Source: Candidatus Latescibacterota bacterium
Lineage (GTDB): Bacteria; Latescibacterota; UBA2968; GCA-2709665
Assembly: GCA_963662665.2 (NCBI GenBank)
Contig: CAXXJS010000061.1
Coordinates: forward strand, 96,001 to 160,000
Length of the DNA stretch: 64,000 nt
Direction: 5' to 3'
The notes under the pieces are model-generated. The model worked only from the letters and a program-made list of their open reading frames with translations, was not told the DNA's origin and ran no database searches. Made by a program: the position numbers and the translations under genes. Shown one piece after another: positions 58,845 to 64,000 of the stretch; the first letter of the stretch is position 1, and every line of letters begins with the position of its first letter.

Positions 58845-60370
58845 ATGCGCCTTTTGACGATCTGCCTGATCATTGTCTCCGGGGTGTCATTTCAAGCCCA
58901 GGCGCGGATGCTGGTCCTGACGTTGAACGACGCCATTGGACTGGCCCTGGACGACGGGTACCGCGCACGTCACCTTTGGCTGGACCTTCAAGACGCCAGG
59001 TTCCAAATGGACGCTGCGAAACGCAGCACGCGAGCGCGTGTGAATCTGTCATTGCGAGCTCCGGATTACGTGGAGAGTGTGCAGGCCATTCGTGTACCTA
59101 ATCAGTTACCTATTTACAACAAGATTGGAATGCTCCAATGGTTTGGGGCGGTCTCCTTCGCACAGCCATTTCTGATGACCAACGGCGAATTGAGTTTCGG
59201 GTCAAATTTCAGGCAACTTCGGGAATCCGTTTTTCAAGAACAGTTCAATCTTGCCGAGCGCAGTAAGCGCTTTTTCAGTACCCTTAGCGTTCGCTTTCGG
59301 CAACCCCTGTTTGCGCCGAATCAACTCAAACTAAATCTGGAACGCGCCAGGTTGAACCTCGAGAACCAGCAGCGTGCATACACCAGCACCCAACTCGATA
59401 TAATCTATGAAATCACGAGGGCATTTTACGATTTCTACAGCGCTCAACGTAGCCTGGAGATTGCTAGCGAAGCCCTGGTTCAACAGGAGCAGTCTCATGA
59501 TCTGGCAAGGAAAAAATACGAGGCCGGGCTGATTCCGGAAGTGGAGGCGCTACAAATGGAAGTTGCCCTGTCTCGAAGCCGCAACGAGCTCCTTCAGGCC
59601 GAGGGTCGTATGGCGCGCAACTCCGACCAACTGAAGCTGGCGATTGGTCTATCGCTGAACGATAGTGTGACGGTTCGCCCCGATCTGGATCTGAAGACGT
59701 TTGAAATCGACGAAGATCGGGCAATTACGCACGGTATGCGCCACAGCGCGTCGCTACGTCAAAGCGAGATCTATCAGCGCCTTGCCGAAATCAACCTCCG
59801 GGAGACTCAGGCGGCCGGGACCGTCCGCGGAGAATTCTCCGCCTCGTATGAGCGGACGGGGTTCACGAACGCCTTCCCCGAAGACACGTCCACAGCCGAC
59901 CTGCTGGATGCCAGTTGGAATGACCTCCGGCGCCGCCCACGTAACCTGGGAATGGAGTTTACGCTTACAGTCCCACTCTGGGATTCCCGCCTGAACAGAG
60001 CAAGAGTTTCATCGGCGAGGACAAGGCTGGACCAGCGCATGCTCGATCTGGAAGACGGGCGTCAAAGGGTAGTTTTACAGATTCGCAGTGCGATTGCCAG
60101 GATTCGCGAAGCGCGCGACAGGCTGGAGGTCCTTAGAAAAAGCTGAGGACGTGGCGTTGCGTGGTTATGAGATCGACCGTGCCAGATTTGAGAACGGGAA
60201 TATCACAGCGCAGGATCTCACGCGAACCCGTGACGACCCTTACGCATTCCCGCCAGGCCTATCTGGACGCCTACATCCAGTACCAGTTGGCGGTGGCTGA
60301 CTTAAAACGCCAGACGCTCTACGATTTCGAGAACGAGCGCAGTCTCGTCGTGGAGGAGAGTTCTCCGTAG
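58845..60370 (+). CDS. TolC-family outer membrane protein (two +1 frameshifts near 60140 and 60238)
   Basis: Signal peptide, [14 protein letters not shown] and TVPLWD motifs. [12 protein letters not shown] and [14 protein letters not shown] continue in shifted frames. Confidence 0.8.
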
Positions 60371-61065
60371 TGGCCGGGAAGGATGCGATTATTATTGACC
60401 TGAAACGTATCTTCAAAGCCTATCGGATGGGCACCCGGGACCTTCCGGTTCTGCACGACGTGAACCTGCAGATCGAAGCCGCGGAATACATCGCAATAAT
60501 GGGACCGTCCGGGTCGGGGAAATCCACCCTGATGAACATCATCGGGTGCCTGGACACCCCGACGACCGGAGAATATTTCCTGGACGGTGAAAGTGTAGCG
60601 GACCTGGACGACGACCGGCTCGCGGAAACACGCAATCTCAAGATCGGATTCGTGTTTCAGACGTTCAACCTGCTGCCGCGTGCAACCGCCCTTGAAAACG
60701 TGGCGCTTCCCCTGATTTACTGTGCTACGTCTCCAGGGGTGCGCAAGAAGCGAGCCATCGAGGAACTCGAGCGAGTTGGTTTGGAAGACCGCATGTATCA
60801 CCGGCCCATTGAGCTTTCGGGCGGAGAGCGCCAGCGAGTCGCGATCGCCCGGGCGCTCGTCAATAACCCGGCCATTATTCTGGCCGACGAGCCAACGGGG
60901 AATCTGGATTCCAAAACCGGGACCGAAATCATGGATATCTTTGATGGGCTGCACGTACGCGGCGGCACGATCATCCTTGTCACCCACGAGGCGCAGGTCG
61001 CCAGGAAAGCCGGGCGGATTGTGAATGTCCTCGATGGCCGCCTGGTTGAAAAAAACGGAACGTGA
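60370..61065 (+). CDS. LolD/MacB-type ABC ATP-binding protein
   Basis: [29 protein letters not shown] and VTHE motifs. Confidence 0.95.
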   Translation: MAGKDAIIIDLKRIFKAYRMGTRDLPVLHDVNLQIEAAEYIAIMGPSGSGKSTLMNIIGCLDTPTTGEYFLDGESVADLDDDRLAETRNLKIGFVFQTFNLLPRATALENVALPLIYCATSPGVRKKRAIEELERVGLEDRMYHRPIELSGGERQRVAIARALVNNPAIILADEPTGNLDSKTGTEIMDIFDGLHVRGGTIILVTHEAQVARKAGRIVNVLDGRLVEKNGT

Positions 61066-61080
61066 ATCGGACGGCTTTGT

Positions 61081-61197
61081 TTCCGTTTTCGGACATTGCT
61101 GTATCAAAAACGAACACCATCCGTTAGTTCCCACTTCTTGCCCGTTATGTATAACCCCCTGAAAAATATGCACATGAATGTTTGGCACGATTATTGA
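61081..61197 (+). promoter_or_regulatory. Second copy of the sigma54-type promoter/activator module
   Basis: Near-identical to 50806-50923; TGGCACGATTATTGA at 61183-61197. Confidence 0.6.
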
Positions 61198-61275
61198 TAT
61201 ATCGCGTACAATCTATCATCTTCCGTACGCGCCAATCCTGAAGGTTGCCACCCAGTTCGATAGGTGTCGCCGGTT

Positions 61276-63702
61276 ATGTTCCGAAACGTGCTTCTCATCA
61301 CCTTTCGCAATATGCGTCGCCATAAGCTCTATTCTGCCATCAATATCGCCGGTCTTTCGGTGGGGATCGCGTGCTGTATAATGATCGGGTTGTTGATAGA
61401 GGATGATCTGCGTTACGACCGGTTTCATGAGCACGCCGACCGAATCCATCGGCTCTCAACGTGGAAAGATATGCCAAAGGCGAGTGCGCACCTCGGCCCA
61501 AGGCTCCTTGAGGATTTTCCTGAAGTTGAACGGGTCGTCCGCTTGGCGCACCTGCCAACAGAAACGTTGACGGCATATCAGGATCGGGAGTTCTTCGAGG
61601 AAGAACTGCTGTATGCGAGCCCCAGCTTTTTCGACGTATTCTCGTTTGCACTCGTTCTGGGCGATCCCACGACCGCGCTTGCTTCGCCTGATGCGATCGT
61701 GATTTCCCAGGACATGGCAAAACGATACTTCGGCGACGCCGATCCGATAGGCAAGCCATTGCGGATATCCGCCTGGTCGGAGACAACCAAGCTTCAAGTT
61801 ACGGGCGTACTGGGAGACCTCCCCCGCCACTCTCATATAGAATTCGGGGGGCTTGTCTCCTATGCAGCATATTCCACTGGTGAACGAACGTTTTCAGGCG
61901 CCTACACGTATCTCCTATTGGACGATAAGGCAAAGACACAGAAATTGGTAGACAAACTCCGCGAATGGCTGCCTCTTCAGTTTACCTCCAACGAGGATGA
62001 CGACAAATCCGCCGCCAGCGCGTCCACTTCCTCTAGACCATTCCGGCTGATGCCACTTACGGATATACACTTGCATTCCCATCTGGAGCAGGAGCTGGGC
62101 GCCAATCGCGACATAAGTGAATTGTACTTGTTTGGTTCAGTGGGAATTCTCGTTTTGCTGATTGCCTGCGCGAATTATATAAATCTGGCGACCGCGCGTT
62201 CAGCCAACCGGGCAAGGGAAGTGGGTCTCCGCAAAGTCATAGGGGCAGACCGCCGGCAACTGATGCGGCAATTCCAGGGCGAAGCTGTCTTTATCGCCGT
62301 TCTCGCTTTTGCCGCTGGTGTAATGCTTACAGAGATGTTTCTTCCGTTCCTGAATGCTACCATTGGCAGGTCCCTGGCGATCAGCTACAGTGGACGCTTT
62401 CTTTGTACGCTAAGCTTGGGGGTATTGATTGTAGGCATGTTGTCAGGGAGCTATCCGGCATTTTACCTTACTCGTTTCAAGCCCACTGCGATGATGAAGG
62501 ACCTGTCAAGGGCTACACCCAGGAGCGTCGGATTCCGAAAAGGCCTCGTTGTCTTCCAATTTGCAATTTCGATAGGTCTGATAGGGTCAACAATCGTAGT
62601 GATGAGGCAGTTGCATTTCACCAAAAACAAGAATCTGGGCTTCGAAAGTCGAGATGTAGTTATACTCAATTCATCGGAAATCGACTATGATGTGTATTCC
62701 GCGGAGCATCGTTTCCGTACCATTAAGGGCGAACTGAGGCGGAACCCGAATATTCTCAACGTGTCACTTTCGTTTGTCGTACCTGGGGAAGAATTTTGGA
62801 CTGGGACGGAGTTTACGTTAATTGATGCGCCCGAAAGTAAACCGACGATAATCAAGACAATGTATATCGACCAGGATTACCTTGAGACGCTGGGCATTAA
62901 CCTCGTAGCGGGGCAGAATTTCAAGTCCGCATTCGCCACCAGGTCCTTTGACGGCGTTATTTTCAACGAATCTGCCGCCCAAGAGATGGGAATCGGACGA
63001 ACCACCGGTCAGAAGGTGCATATGAATTTGGGAAACGTCGTGGAGACAAACGGCACTATCGTGGGCATAGTGCGAGATTTCCATATACGGTCGCTGCATC
63101 ACAAAATCGAACCATTGGCATTGCGCTTGCATCTCGATAACGTGGGTGTAGGGGGGCACGCCCGTCATCTCGTTGCAAGATTGCGCCCCGAAAACGTCCC
63201 GGCGACGCTGCAATTCCTGAGGGACAAACTGGCTGAGTTTGCGCCCTCGCAGCATTTTCGGTATACTTTTCTGGACACTTATTTTGATTTCGATCAGCTA
63301 TATCAAAACGAGACGCGATTGATGCGCGTATTTGGCACATTCTCCGGATTGGCGGTATTTTTAGCCTTTCTGGGGTTATTCGGTCTCGCATACTTCACGA
63401 TGGAGAATCGCACCCGGGAAATCGGTATCCGGAAAGTCCTCGGCGCATCCGATTCCGATGTCGTTGCCCTTGTATCCAGAGACTTCGTAGTATTGATGAT
63501 TATTGCCATCGTCATCGCGTGGCCGGTCGTGTATTTCGGCGCGGAGGCCTTGCTGGAGAACTTCGCCTATCGGGTCGGCGTTGGCTGGTGGACCTTCCCG
63601 TTGTCAGGCGCCCTGGCGCTTGGGTTGGCGCTGTTTACCGTCGGATGGCATGCTCGCAGAGCTGCCCGCGCCAATCCGGCGGATGTCTTGCGGCAGGAGT
63701 GA
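61276..63702 (+). CDS. ABC transporter permease, paralog of 51003..53429
   Basis: Same motif set and long near-identical stretches (e.g. NEDDDKSAAS.STSSRPFRLMPLTDIHLHSH). Confidence 0.92.
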   Translation: MFRNVLLITFRNMRRHKLYSAINIAGLSVGIACCIMIGLLIEDDLRYDRFHEHADRIHRLSTWKDMPKASAHLGPRLLEDFPEVERVVRLAHLPTETLTAYQDREFFEEELLYASPSFFDVFSFALVLGDPTTALASPDAIVISQDMAKRYFGDADPIGKPLRISAWSETTKLQVTGVLGDLPRHSHIEFGGLVSYAAYSTGERTFSGAYTYLLLDDKAKTQKLVDKLREWLPLQFTSNEDDDKSAASASTSSRPFRLMPLTDIHLHSHLEQELGANRDISELYLFGSVGILVLLIACANYINLATARSANRAREVGLRKVIGADRRQLMRQFQGEAVFIAVLAFAAGVMLTEMFLPFLNATIGRSLAISYSGRFLCTLSLGVLIVGMLSGSYPAFYLTRFKPTAMMKDLSRATPRSVGFRKGLVVFQFAISIGLIGSTIVVMRQLHFTKNKNLGFESRDVVILNSSEIDYDVYSAEHRFRTIKGELRRNPNILNVSLSFVVPGEEFWTGTEFTLIDAPESKPTIIKTMYIDQDYLETLGINLVAGQNFKSAFATRSFDGVIFNESAAQEMGIGRTTGQKVHMNLGNVVETNGTIVGIVRDFHIRSLHHKIEPLALRLHLDNVGVGGHARHLVARLRPENVPATLQFLRDKLAEFAPSQHFRYTFLDTYFDFDQLYQNETRLMRVFGTFSGLAVFLAFLGLFGLAYFTMENRTREIGIRKVLGASDSDVVALVSRDFVVLMIIAIVIAWPVVYFGAEALLENFAYRVGVGWWTFPLSGALALGLALFTVGWHARRAARANPADVLRQE

Positions 63703-64000
63703 TCTTGGGAGAGCGGCGCATTTCGCTACTCTCCTGTGCCTACCGTTGTCCTGATCCGGGATTAAATCGTGTACCAGTCCTACTTGCAGGATTCTTCAGA
63801 TGGGCGGCGCCAGGATCAACATCAGATGTGCGCCTGCTTTCCCCGCGCCGTTCCCGCGCAGATTCCCTGAACGCTCCCACCATATTTCCCGGATTCCACT
63901 GCAATCGAACCTCCGGTTGGCGATATTTTCATTCTGCCCCTTAATTTGCGCAAGGCATCGCATATAGGAATTCGCCAGAATTCTTTTTTTCCTATTTTTC

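Noticed and set aside
1-64000. CRISPR array, tRNA/rRNA, retron or other reverse transcriptase, integrase or transposase
   Set aside because: I saw no regularly spaced repeats, no RNA-gene signatures, and no YxDD, tyrosine-recombinase or DDE motifs.
63703-64000. Possible small ORF or RNA after the last permease
   Set aside because: Only a 36-codon minus-strand ORF without motifs is present, with no convincing structure.

Overview
Bacterial accessory region of moderately high GC, with no rRNA, tRNA, CRISPR array, integrase or transposase gene. 0-2.6 kb: three decayed attC-like sites with reciprocally matching core sequences bound a broken ECF-sigma/ankyrin gene and a small DUF6176-like gene, which looks like a relic integron cassette array. 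2.8-50.7 kb: a long, almost entirely + strand array of small, unrelated enzyme genes (GNAT, APH-like kinases, NUDIX, VOC, methyltransferases, HAD, metallophosphoesterases and others), with gene stubs, REP-like repeats, toxin-antitoxin genes and four copies of a ~193-bp MITE. The array is interrupted at 18.5-26.6 kb by a minus-strand block: a HicB/HicA-like pair, an ankyrin protein, and a four-gene operon with its own promoter (unknown protein, Walker-degenerate DUF2791/BrxD-like protein, intact DUF2791/BrxD-like ATPase, SNF2 helicase with an extra N-terminal domain). This operon is the best candidate for an undescribed, probably anti-phage, system. 50.8-63.7 kb: a MacAB-TolC-type ABC export cluster with three periplasmic adaptors, bracketed by two paralogous permeases with near-identical sigma54-type upstream modules. 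All family assignments come from motifs recognised by eye, not from database searches.
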